DNA of 64,000 nucleotides from positions 20,596 to 84,595 of the forward strand of contig CAVSIF010000003.1 in the NCBI GenBank assembly GCA_963728025.1, given 5' to 3'. This document shows, piece after piece, positions 20,203 to 28,386 of this stretch (positions are counted from its first letter, which is position 1; every line of letters begins with the position of its first letter). Made by a program: the position numbers and the translations under genes. Source of the DNA: an uncultured Actinomycetes bacterium. GTDB taxonomy: Bacteria; Actinomycetota; Thermoleophilia; Solirubrobacterales; 70-9. Under the pieces are notes generated by a model that was given only the letters and a program-made list of their open reading frames with translations, searched no databases and was not told the DNA's origin.

Positions 20203-20597
20203 GCTCGTTCTGTCTCGATACCTCCGCCTACAGCAACTTCAGGCGAGGAAACGAAGAGGTGGCGGCGCTTCTCGATCGGGCTGAGCTGGTGGGTGTGCCT
20301 ACCGTCGCGCTCGGCGAGCTGCGCACCGGCTTCCTGCTCGGCGGCAGGCAACAGCGCAACGAAGCCGAGCTGGACGCCTTCCTCGACAGCTCTGTCGTCG
20401 AGGTGCTACCAGTCGATGCTGCGACCAGCCGCCACTACGCGGAGATAGTCGCCGAGCTTCGCAGGGCGGGAACGCCTGTCCCCACCAACGACATCTGGAT
20501 TGCCGCCACCGCGGCCCGCAACAGCACTACGGTCCTGACCTGCGACGACCACTTCGAACGCATCGGCCGGGTCGGCTCAATCGTCATCGACAGCTGA
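20199..20597 (+). CDS. PIN-domain toxin (VapC-like)
   Basis: TTG start overlapping the antitoxin stop. Acidic PIN residues in FCLDTSAY, TNDIWIAATA and LTCDDHF. Confidence 0.8.
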   Translation: MSSFCLDTSAYSNFRRGNEEVAALLDRAELVGVPTVALGELRTGFLLGGRQQRNEAELDAFLDSSVVEVLPVDAATSRHYAEIVAELRRAGTPVPTNDIWIAATAARNSTTVLTCDDHFERIGRVGSIVIDS

Positions 20598-20634
20598 TCC
20601 GCCCTCGGCACGCGTCGGGTCGGGGGCGTTAAGT

Positions 20635-21456
20635 TCACTGGCGCGGGATGCAGCAGAGCTGTGCCGCGCCGGTGGCGAGCAGGCGGCCATCCGTGTCCCA
20701 GACTCTGCCGCTGGCGGCCATCAGTCCGCGGCTGGCGAGGGAGCATTCGTGGTCGATCAGCAGCCACTCGCAGTCCGGGCTGGATTGGTGGAACCAGGCG
20801 CTGACGTCGAGGCTTGGCGCCAGGTAATCCATGCTGCGGTAGTGCCGCCAGGCGGCTGGGAATCCATAGGTGTCGAGCAGTATCAGCGAGCGGGCGGCAT
20901 CGACGAAGGGGTCCTCGAAGCAAGCGCGTGGCCGGTACCGCGTCCACTCGCGCACGATCGGGTCCGACGGCTCATTCGAGGTGCTCTGATCGACGGGCCG
21001 GCGCTCGACCCGGTCCCAGAAGGCAAACGGAGGGCGTTTGCCGGGTGGGAAGAGGTCCTCGTAGGGCTTCAGCTCCGCGGGGCGCGGAACGTCGGGAGCC
21101 GTCGCCTGCTGGTGGTGATGGCCCGGGGCGTCAGCGGCGGTCTTCACCAGCGCGTGCAAGATCGGCTTGCCGTCCTGGGTCATCTCGACCGCGAAGGACT
21201 CGGCCCGACGGCCCTGCTTGAGGGCGCGGACGCGGAGCTCGACCGCGTCGAAGGCGGGGGAGTTGAGGAAGTGGCAGTAGAAGCTCGCCGGCTGCGGAAT
21301 CTGGGCAATAGCACCGGCGGCGCGGAGTGCGAAGGTCGCGAGGTAGCCACCGTTCGGTCCCCAAATCTCCCAGTCCTTCGAGAGGTGGGCGACGTAGCGA
21401 CCGCCCTCGCCCTCGATGTTGGTCGCGCGATCGAGATCGGCGTCGCTGAGACTCAT
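20635..21456 (-). CDS. acyl-CoA thioesterase (TesB-like double hot-dog)
   Basis: 273-aa ORF with GPNGGYLATFALRAA and a two-lobed layout typical of thioesterase II-like proteins. Confidence 0.7.
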   Translation of the reverse strand: MSLSDADLDRATNIEGEGGRYVAHLSKDWEIWGPNGGYLATFALRAAGAIAQIPQPASFYCHFLNSPAFDAVELRVRALKQGRRAESFAVEMTQDGKPILHALVKTAADAPGHHHQQATAPDVPRPAELKPYEDLFPPGKRPPFAFWDRVERRPVDQSTSNEPSDPIVREWTRYRPRACFEDPFVDAARSLILLDTYGFPAAWRHYRSMDYLAPSLDVSAWFHQSSPDCEWLLIDHECSLASRGLMAASGRVWDTDGRLLATGAAQLCCIPRQ

Positions 21457-21463
21457 TGCGGGC

Positions 21464-22291
21464 TCAGAACCCAGGCGGGTGGCGGACGACGAAGTCGCCG
21501 GTGGGGCGGCCGGCGAGGTGCCAGCGGGGGCCGCTGCCGCTTTCGGTGCCGGAGGTGTCCCAGCGCAGGCCGGCGATCTCGGCGAAGGTGTGGCCGGCGT
21601 TGGCGTAGACGGTGATCCACTTGCCGGGGCCGGGGGCGCCCCAGCCCTCGAGCTGACCGGAGGTGAGCGGGCGCGGGATCATGCCGCCGCCGAAGAGGGC
21701 GAAGCTGACCGCGCCAGAGCAGTCGTAGCCGTGCGAGTACCAGGAGCCGTGGCCGCCGCCCCAGATGTATGGACGGCCGACGATCGAGTTGGCGTTGTTG
21801 ATCACGTCCTTGACCGCCTGCGGCGCGTCCGGCGGCGGCAGGGCGATGCCGGTGAGCAGGATCGAGGTCGAGCCGCCGCCGTCGACCCGGGTGTTGGCGA
21901 AGATCTTCTGCCGCATCGCGGCGGGGTGGCGCTCGATCTCGGTCCCGTTCGAGCCGGCCGAGGCGGGCGGCAGGGTGGAGGGGTCGCCAGGGACGATCGG
22001 GCCAGGCGGGTCGAGCTTGGCCGCGGCCGCGGCGGCCGCCGCGCGTTTCCTCGTTTCGACCTCGACTCGGTTGCTCGCTTCGATCAGCGCCAGGCCCTGG
22101 CCGAGCGAGCCGATCGCCGCGTCGGCTCCGCTCGAGGAGGCGACGGCTTCGAGCAGCGCCGCGCCGAGGCCGTCGAGGCCCTCGCCGCCGCCCGCGGCGG
22201 GCGGCGCGGCGGCGGCGCTGGGCGCGGCGCAGGAGAGCAGCACCAGGAGGGCGAGCAGCGGGCCGAGCGCGGCTTTGCGAAGAGATTCCAT
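21464..22291 (-). CDS. secreted NlpC/P60 (C40) peptidase-like protein
   Basis: Start at MESLRKAALGPLLALLVLLSCAAP (signal). GRPYIWGGGHGSWYSHGYDCSGAVSF catalytic-Cys motif. The 5' part of the listed 513-aa ORF is not credible. Confidence 0.8.
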   Translation of the reverse strand: MESLRKAALGPLLALLVLLSCAAPSAAAAPPAAGGGEGLDGLGAALLEAVASSSGADAAIGSLGQGLALIEASNRVEVETRKRAAAAAAAAKLDPPGPIVPGDPSTLPPASAGSNGTEIERHPAAMRQKIFANTRVDGGGSTSILLTGIALPPPDAPQAVKDVINNANSIVGRPYIWGGGHGSWYSHGYDCSGAVSFALFGGGMIPRPLTSGQLEGWGAPGPGKWITVYANAGHTFAEIAGLRWDTSGTESGSGPRWHLAGRPTGDFVVRHPPGF

Positions 22292-22315
22292 CCGAAAAGG
22301 GCGAGGGACACGATA

Positions 22316-23116
22316 ATGGCCGCGATGAAGGGCGTTCGCCTCACTCACATCGGGGGACCGACGGTGCTGATCGAGGTCGGCGGCTGGCGCCTGCTGACCG
22401 ACCCGACCTTCGATCCGGCCGAGGGCAAGTACAGCTTCGGCTGGGGGACCGGCTCGCGCAAACTGGCCGGGCCGGCGGTCGCGGCGAGCGAGGTGGGGGA
22501 GATCGACGCGGTCCTGCTCTCCCACGACCAGCACGACGACAACCTCGACAAGGCGGGGCGGGCACTGCTGCCGTCGGCCGGGACCGTGGTGACGACGGCC
22601 TCGGGCGCGAAGCGGCTCGGCGCCAACGCGCGCGGCCTCGCGGCCTGGGAGACGACGCGGCTGGAGGCGCCGGGCAGGGAGGCGATCGAGGTGACGGCGA
22701 CGCCCTGTCGCCACGGCCCACCGCTGAGCCGTCCCATCGTCGGCGAGGTGGCCGGGTTCGCGCTGAGCTGGGCGGGACAGGAGCACGGCGTGCTCTGGAT
22801 CTCCGGCGACACCGTCCTCTACGACGGCCTGCGCGAGGTCGCCGACCGGCTTGAGGTCGACACCGCCCTGATCCACCTCGGCGGCGTCCGTTTCCCGATC
22901 TCCGGCCCGCTCCACTACACGATGACCGCTGCGCAGGCGGTCGAGCTCTGCGGCCTGCTCGAGCCGCGCACGGTGATCCCGATCCACTACGAGGGCTGGA
23001 AGCACTTTCGTCAGGGCCGCGACGCGATCGAGGCCGAGTTCGCGGGCGCGCCCGAGCAGTTCCGCCGCAGCGTTCGCTGGCTGCCGATCGGCGCCACGGT
23101 TGACATCGGCACATAG
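22316..23116 (+). CDS. MBL-fold metallo-hydrolase
   Basis: Start at ATG 22316 (MAAMKGVRLTHIGGPTVLIE). LLSHDQHDDNLD metal-binding-like motif. The upstream part of listed ORF 21416-23116 is antisense to real genes. Confidence 0.72.
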   Translation: MAAMKGVRLTHIGGPTVLIEVGGWRLLTDPTFDPAEGKYSFGWGTGSRKLAGPAVAASEVGEIDAVLLSHDQHDDNLDKAGRALLPSAGTVVTTASGAKRLGANARGLAAWETTRLEAPGREAIEVTATPCRHGPPLSRPIVGEVAGFALSWAGQEHGVLWISGDTVLYDGLREVADRLEVDTALIHLGGVRFPISGPLHYTMTAAQAVELCGLLEPRTVIPIHYEGWKHFRQGRDAIEAEFAGAPEQFRRSVRWLPIGATVDIGT

Positions 23117-23118
23117 GC

Positions 23119-23166
23119 GTTGCTGTCGTCTTTTCGGGCGCTATGCGACCCAAAAGACGACAGCAA
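23119..23166. repeat. ~48-nt palindromic intergenic element, copy 2
   Basis: GTTGCTGTCGTCTTTTCGGGCGCTATGCGACCCAAAAGACGACAGCAA. 15-bp perfect stem TTGCTGTCGTCTTTT/AAAAGACGACAGCAA. Sits between two convergent genes. Confidence 0.7.
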
Positions 23167-23180
23167 ACTGATTTCGGCCC

Positions 23181-24917
23181 TCAGGTGTTCTGGTACAGCG
23201 GGCCGTCGCCGCCCTCGGGCGGGGTGAGGCGGCCGCCCTTGGCGGTGATCGCGCCGCACTGGACGCAGTTCGTGTAGTTGACGGTCACCTCGACCTCGCC
23301 GCTCTCCGGCGCGTCCTCGGGGATCTCGTAGACGCCGGCCGGGCACATCCAGGCCCAGGTCTCGGCGACCTCGCGCGGCACCCGCTTCTGCACCCGGATG
23401 TGGTTGGGCGCGTCGTCGCGGGTCGCGTTACCGCTGATGAAGACGGAGGAGAGCTTGTCGAACGTGTACTTGCCGTCCGGCTGCGGGTAGCCGTCCTTGG
23501 TCTTGCCGATGAACATCGGCTGGGCGTCGTTGCGGTGGATCTTCCAGCGCCCGCCGGGGAAGCGGCCCTTGGTCGCGATCATCAGGTTGACCAGCGGGCC
23601 GCCTTTGATCAGCCCCTTCTGGAACGGCTGGCGGGTGTTGCGCTGTTCCCACAGTTCCTTGCCGATGAACGAGTCCTCGACGGCGGTCTCGTAGGCGGAG
23701 AAATCGTTGCTTCCCTCCTTGAGGGAGGCGTAGATCGACTCGGCGGCGAGCACCCCGGCCTTGATCGCGTAGTTGACGCCCTTCAGCGCCGCCAGATTGA
23801 GCATTCCGGCGGCATCGCCGGCGATCACCGCGCCGGGGGCCGACAGCTTCGGCATCGCCCAGTAGCCGCCGGCCGGGATCGCCTTCGCACCCCAGCTGAC
23901 CCGCTCGCCACCCGCGAGGATCTCGCGGACCAGGGGGTGGGTCTTGAACTGCTGCAGGAGGTCGTGGGCGGAGGTGGTCGCGTCGGCGTAATCGAGGTCG
24001 AGCACCCAGCCGATCGAGACCAGGTCCTCGCCGGTCTTCTCGTCTTTCATCGGGTAGATCCAGGAGCCGCCGATCTGGTGGTACTTGCTGCTGATCTTCA
24101 ACGGCCAGCCGGCGAGGGTGTGGATCACGCGGTCGAGCGGCTCCTTCACCTTCCAGACCTCTTTGACGCCGAGCTCCCAGACCTGCGGCTCGCGCTCCTC
24201 GTCGAGGTCGAACTCGCGCACCGCGGCCTCGGTCAGGTGGCCCCAGCAGCCCTCGGCGAGCACCGTCGCCTTGGCGGCGATGTCGGTGCCGGGCTCGAAG
24301 TTGCCCTGCGGCTCGCCGTCTTTGCCGCGGCCTTTGTCGCCGGAGCGGACCCCGACCACGGCGCCGTCCTCGACGATCAGCTGCGTCGCCGCGGTCTCGG
24401 TCAGCAGGTAGGCGCCGTTCTCCTCGGCCTGGGCCTGCAGGTAGCGGCAGAGGGCGGAGACGGAGATCACCTCGTTGCCGTGGTTGCGCTGCGGGGGCGG
24501 CGGCGGGATCCGCAGCTTGCGCTTGCCATTGGGGAGGAGGTAGATCGCCTCCTTCTCCACCTCGCCGAAGCCGAAGCCCTCTTGGCGCCACTGCTCGCGG
24601 CTCAGGTCGGGGAACAGCTCTTCCAGCGCTTCCGGGCGCATCACCGCGCCGGAGAGGTTGTGGCCGCCGCAGGTCTTCGCCTTCTCGATCACCGCGACCG
24701 GGACCTCGCCGAGCTTCTCCATCGTCTCCGGGTCCTCGGCGAGCAGCTGCAGCAGGCGGTTGGCGCAGGCGAGGCCGGCGGTGCCGCCGCCGACGATCGC
24801 GACCCCGATCTCGATCCGCTCGTCCTCACCGTCGAGCGAGCGCTTGACGAACTCCCCCTCGACCTCGACCGGGGGCGGGAAATCGGCGGGGGAGACCTTG
24901 CCGCTGCTGGAAGTCAT
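23181..24917 (-). CDS. electron-transfer flavoprotein:ubiquinone oxidoreductase (ETF-QO)
   Basis: FAD motif AIVGGGTAGLACA. C-terminal 4Fe-4S region CPAGVYE...NCVQCG. Start placed at ATG (MTSSSGKV) rather than the TTG inside the upstream palindrome. Confidence 0.88.
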   Translation of the reverse strand: MTSSSGKVSPADFPPPVEVEGEFVKRSLDGEDERIEIGVAIVGGGTAGLACANRLLQLLAEDPETMEKLGEVPVAVIEKAKTCGGHNLSGAVMRPEALEELFPDLSREQWRQEGFGFGEVEKEAIYLLPNGKRKLRIPPPPPQRNHGNEVISVSALCRYLQAQAEENGAYLLTETAATQLIVEDGAVVGVRSGDKGRGKDGEPQGNFEPGTDIAAKATVLAEGCWGHLTEAAVREFDLDEEREPQVWELGVKEVWKVKEPLDRVIHTLAGWPLKISSKYHQIGGSWIYPMKDEKTGEDLVSIGWVLDLDYADATTSAHDLLQQFKTHPLVREILAGGERVSWGAKAIPAGGYWAMPKLSAPGAVIAGDAAGMLNLAALKGVNYAIKAGVLAAESIYASLKEGSNDFSAYETAVEDSFIGKELWEQRNTRQPFQKGLIKGGPLVNLMIATKGRFPGGRWKIHRNDAQPMFIGKTKDGYPQPDGKYTFDKLSSVFISGNATRDDAPNHIRVQKRVPREVAETWAWMCPAGVYEIPEDAPESGEVEVTVNYTNCVQCGAITAKGGRLTPPEGGDGPLYQNT

Positions 24918-24935
24918 GTGACAGCCTTTCGTGTC

Positions 24936-24955
24936 GATTGACTGGTCAGTCAATC
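24936..24955. promoter_or_regulatory. candidate operator: 9-bp perfect inverted repeat GATTGACTG-GT-CAGTCAATC
   Basis: Lies 19-38 nt upstream of the ETF-QO ATG. Geometry is typical of dimeric HTH (e.g. TetR-type) operators. Confidence 0.4.
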
Positions 24956-25049
24956 CTACAACGCGCTGCTGGCGACGCGCCTGGGCGACGGCGCCCAGGG
25001 CGTTCCGCGCTTAATCATTCGCTTAGGCGGCGCGAGGAAGATCAGCGCG

Positions 25050-25206
25050 AGTGAAATACCTGCTCGTCCCGCTCGGCATCCTCGCCTTCGTCCTCTTCCT
25101 GCTGGTGCTGGGGGCGATCGGGCTGCTGGTCTCGATGGCGGTGATCGGGGCGGTCGGCCGGGTCTGGCGCTTCCTCAACAGGGGTGGACGCGGGCGGCGC
25201 TCTTGA
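25050..25206 (+). CDS. possible small single-TM protein (only if 1 nt is removed near 25140)
   Basis: GTG...KYLLVPLGILAFVLFLLVLGAIGLLVSMA. Dropping one G of GCGGG gives VIGAVGRVWRFLNRGGRGRRS-stop. As written the frame runs antisense into the next gene. Confidence 0.25.
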
Positions 25207-26215
25207 CCACCTCGAAGGCGCTGCCGGGGATCCGCTTCAGCTGGTTCAGGCTCTCGTCGTCCCAGCGGCGGTCGCTGCTGCCGCTGAAAAACCAGTTCGA
25301 GCCGTTGTCGGCGACGATCAGGCCGTAGCGCTTCATCGCCAGCGCGATCGTGCGCGCGTGGCCGCTGAAGCGGCCGAGGCCGTAGCCGGCCTTGAGCCGC
25401 AGGCGCAGGCCCATCGGCGGAGCGCTGGGGTCGGCGGTGTCGCCGGCGCAGTGGGAGGCAGGGCTGACCCAGGCGTCGCGGCTGCTCTCGAAGGTGACCC
25501 GGATCGCGTGCTCGAGCCGGCCGGCGGCGACTTCGTCGTAGCGGACCAGGCCGGGGAAGATCGGCAGGCCGGCGGCGTCGGCCGAGGTCCAGCCGGCGGG
25601 GCGGAGCGCGGTCGAGCCGAGGTCCCAGGCGACGCCGGAGTCGGCGTTCCAGTGGGGCTGCGGGCGGGGGACGTAGAAAGCGCGGTAGAGCTCGTAGAGA
25701 GTGCAGGTGGAGCGGTCGACCGTGAGCACGTGGCGGTCGCCGTCGCTGCCGTTGCCGCCCTCGATCGGCGCGCCGGCCGGGATCGGGAAGGGGCCGGGGT
25801 CGCTCTCGTCGCCGTAGGCGGTGTAGTTGACCGGGAGCCGGGGCCGGCCGGGGCCGACGACGGCGAAGGGGAAGCCGTAGGGGCGGGGCGAGCCGAAGTC
25901 GGGGTGGAGGTGGTTGCCGCCCTGGGAGTTGATGTAGGCGACGATCGCGGCCGAGCGGGGGTGGCGCGGCGCCTGCGAGATGTCCTGGTTCCAGGCGGCC
26001 TGGTTGGGTAGCGAGGGAGCGCGCGGCGAGAGCGAGGCCGGCGGGTCGGGGAAGGCCTGGCAGGGGCCGAGGTCGGGGTAGGGGCCGAGGAGCGGCAGCG
26101 AACTCGAGCGGAAAGTGTCGCTATAGCCCCAGTTAGTGATCGAGTTCGCGGCGGGAGCGGTGAGGCCGAGGGCCGCGAGCGCGAGCGCGGCGAGGGCGAG
26201 CGCGGCGAGCTTCAC
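25175..26215 (-). CDS. secreted hypothetical protein
   Basis: Signal peptide MKLAALALAALALAALGLTAPA. 346 aa with good coding statistics and no motif I can name. Confidence 0.65.
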   Translation of the reverse strand: MKLAALALAALALAALGLTAPAANSITNWGYSDTFRSSSLPLLGPYPDLGPCQAFPDPPASLSPRAPSLPNQAAWNQDISQAPRHPRSAAIVAYINSQGGNHLHPDFGSPRPYGFPFAVVGPGRPRLPVNYTAYGDESDPGPFPIPAGAPIEGGNGSDGDRHVLTVDRSTCTLYELYRAFYVPRPQPHWNADSGVAWDLGSTALRPAGWTSADAAGLPIFPGLVRYDEVAAGRLEHAIRVTFESSRDAWVSPASHCAGDTADPSAPPMGLRLRLKAGYGLGRFSGHARTIALAMKRYGLIVADNGSNWFFSGSSDRRWDDESLNQLKRIPGSAFEVVKSAARVHPC

Positions 26216-26460
26216 GCCGGCGGCCAGCCCTCGCGCACGGTCAGGCGCCCGACCTCCAGCTCCTCGATCTCGACCCGGCCGAACTTGGCGCGCCTGACCG
26301 CAAGCCGGCCGACGGCGAGCCGGCCGATCGCGAAGCCGCCGACCGCGGCGGCGCCGACGGCGAGGGCGCCGATCGCGATCGCGCCGCGGGCGCTGGCCCC
26401 GGTCGCGGAGGCGGGGCTGGCTTGCGGGCGGGAGTGGGCGGCGCGACGGGACTTGCGCAT
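26212..26460 (-). CDS. small Gly/Ala-repeat protein, translationally coupled to the downstream secreted protein
   Basis: GAIAIGALAVGAAAVGGFAIGRLAVGRLAV then RVEIEELEVGRLTV. Its stop overlaps the next gene's start by 4 nt. Confidence 0.5.
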   Translation of the reverse strand: MRKSRRAAHSRPQASPASATGASARGAIAIGALAVGAAAVGGFAIGRLAVGRLAVRRAKFGRVEIEELEVGRLTVREGWPPA

Positions 26461-26495
26461 CGCGCCAACCGTAGCGCGGCTAGCCTGACGGGCCG

Positions 26496-27212
26496 ATGAG
26501 CGCGGACGAGCGTCCCACCCTGCTGGCGATCCAGCACGTGCCCTGGGAGGGGCCGCACCGGATCCTCGACGCCTGCGGCGCGCTCGAGGTGCACACCGTG
26601 AAACCGCTGGCCGGGCAGCCGCTGCCCGCGCACGAGGAGGTCGCCGGCGCCGTCGTCATGGGCGGCCCGATGAACGTCGACGAGGTCGCGCGCTTCCCGG
26701 CGCTGGCGGCGGAGCGCGAGTGGCTGGCCGAGGCGGTGCGGCGAGAGTTGCCGCTGCTTGGTGTCTGCCTCGGCGCACAGCTGCTGGCGCGGGCGCTCGG
26801 GGCCGAGGTGCGGGCGGGGGAGGGGCCGGAGATCGGCTTCGCCCCGGTCGAGGTCAGCGACCCCGAGGACCCGCTGCTCGGCGGGCTCGCGCCCCGCACC
26901 GAGGTCCTGCACTGGCACGGCGACGTCTTCGAGCTGCCCGACGGAGCGACGCCGCTCGCCTCTTCGGCCCGGACCGAGCACCAGGCCTTCCGCATCGGCA
27001 ATGCCTGGGGCGTGCTCTTCCATCCCGAGGCCGACTTCGCCCTGGTCGAGGCTTGGCTGGTCGTGCCGGAGATGATCGACGACGCGGTCGCGGCGCTCGG
27101 CGACACGGGAACGCACGAGCTGCCGGAGCGGGCCGCGGCGCTGGAGGCGACGCTGATCGAGCGCACCACGCCCGGCTTCGACGCCTTCGCTGAAATCGTC
27201 GCCAGCGGGTAG
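26496..27212 (+). CDS. class I glutamine amidotransferase-like protein
   Basis: Nucleophile motif LLGVCLGAQLLA and His-containing HPEADF. Confidence 0.8.
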   Translation: MSADERPTLLAIQHVPWEGPHRILDACGALEVHTVKPLAGQPLPAHEEVAGAVVMGGPMNVDEVARFPALAAEREWLAEAVRRELPLLGVCLGAQLLARALGAEVRAGEGPEIGFAPVEVSDPEDPLLGGLAPRTEVLHWHGDVFELPDGATPLASSARTEHQAFRIGNAWGVLFHPEADFALVEAWLVVPEMIDDAVAALGDTGTHELPERAAALEATLIERTTPGFDAFAEIVASG

Positions 27213-27222
27213 GAGGGGCGCC

Positions 27223-28177
27223 ATGGACGTCTGCCTGATGATCGAGGGCCAGGAGGACGTGACCTGGGAGGACTGGCGGGCGCTGGCGGCGGCCTGCGAG
27301 GAGCACGGGGTGGGGACGATGTTCCGCTCCGACCACTACCTCTCGGTCGACGACCGGCGCGAGCGCGGCTCGCTCGACGCCTGGACGACGCTGGCGGCAC
27401 TGGCCGCGCTGACGACGCGGCTGCGGCTGGGGACGCTGGTCTCGCCGGCGACCTTCCGCCATCCCGCGGTGCTGGCGAAGTCGGTGGTCACGGTCGACCA
27501 GGTCAGCGGCGGCCGGGTTGAGCTTGGCCTCGGGGCCGGCTGGTGGGAGCGCGAGCACGAGGTCTACGGGATCCCGCTGCCCCCGGTCGGGCAGCGCATG
27601 GACATGCTCGAGGAGCAGCTGCGGATCGTCAGCGCCTACTGGGCCGAGGGCCGGTTCTCGATCGAGGGCGTCTACTACTCGGCGCGCGAGCCTCGACGCG
27701 CTGCCGAAGCCGGTCCAGCAGCCGCGCCCGCCGCTGATCCTCGGTGGCCGGGGCGGCCCGCGCAGCCTCCGCCTCGCCGCTCGCTACGCCGACGAGTACA
27801 ACACTGTGATGGTGACCGCGGAGGAGATCGCCGACCTCCGCGGCCGGCTCGACCAGGCCTGCGAAGCCGAGGACCGCGACCCGGCCACCCTGCCGCTCTC
27901 GATGATGACCGGCTGGCTGGTCGGCGCCGACCGCGAGGAACTGCGCGACCGCGCCGCTCGGCTGTCCGCGTGGAAGGGCCAGGGCGGCGACGGCGACGCC
28001 CTCCTCGCCAACCCGCGCGAGGGCACGATCGCCGGCACTGTCCCCGAGGCCCTCGACCAGCTGCACGAGCTGGAGCGCGCCGGCCTCACTCGCCTCATGG
28101 CCCAGCACCTCCTGCACCGCGACCTCGACGCCGTCGAGCTGCTCGGCCACGACGTAGTCCCCGCCCTCGCCCGCTAA
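27223..28177 (+). CDS. LLM-class (luciferase-like) F420-dependent oxidoreductase; apparent indel near 27681-27691
   Basis: N-terminal FRSDHY...LGTLVSPATFRHP...GRVELGLGAGW. The typical LPKPVQQPRPPLILGGRG and remainder continue in the frame of listed ORF 27518-28177. Confidence 0.8.
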
Positions 28178-28191
28178 ATTGGCTCCAGCGC

Positions 28192-28265
28192 GGTGGCAGT
28201 AGCTCAGTTGGTAGAGCTCCGGCTTGTGGTGCCGGCGGTCGCGGGTTCGAATCCCGTCTGCCACC
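28192..28265 (+). tRNA. tRNA-His (anticodon GTG) with genome-encoded G-1
   Basis: G-1 then acceptor GTGGCAG/CTGCCAC, D arm GCTC-AGTTGGTA-GAGC, anticodon loop TTGTGGT, T arm GCGGG-TTCGAAT-CCCGT, discriminator C. Confidence 0.9.
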
Positions 28266-28386
28266 CCTCTTGAAGTTGCTGCAAGTGGGCGGAAGTGGGA
28301 CTTGGCAAGCTTCAGTGGTCGCCTGCTCGATCCCCGTTGTGGGCAGAAGGAACTAAACCAATACGAGTTAGGTACGCTGCCTGCGC

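Noticed and set aside
21416-22315. 5' portions of the listed ORFs 21416-23116 (+) and 21464-23005 (-), which would make 566-aa and 513-aa proteins.
   Set aside because: Each long ORF is credible only in the part carrying family motifs (MBL from 22316, NlpC/P60 up to 22291). The remainders are mutual antisense read-through with low-complexity translations.
27629-28264. Minus-strand 211-aa ORF beginning MADGIRTRDRRHHKPELYQLSYCH.
   Set aside because: Its N-terminus is the reverse-complement translation of the tRNA-His gene, a classic artefact. The rest is antisense to the LLM oxidoreductase.
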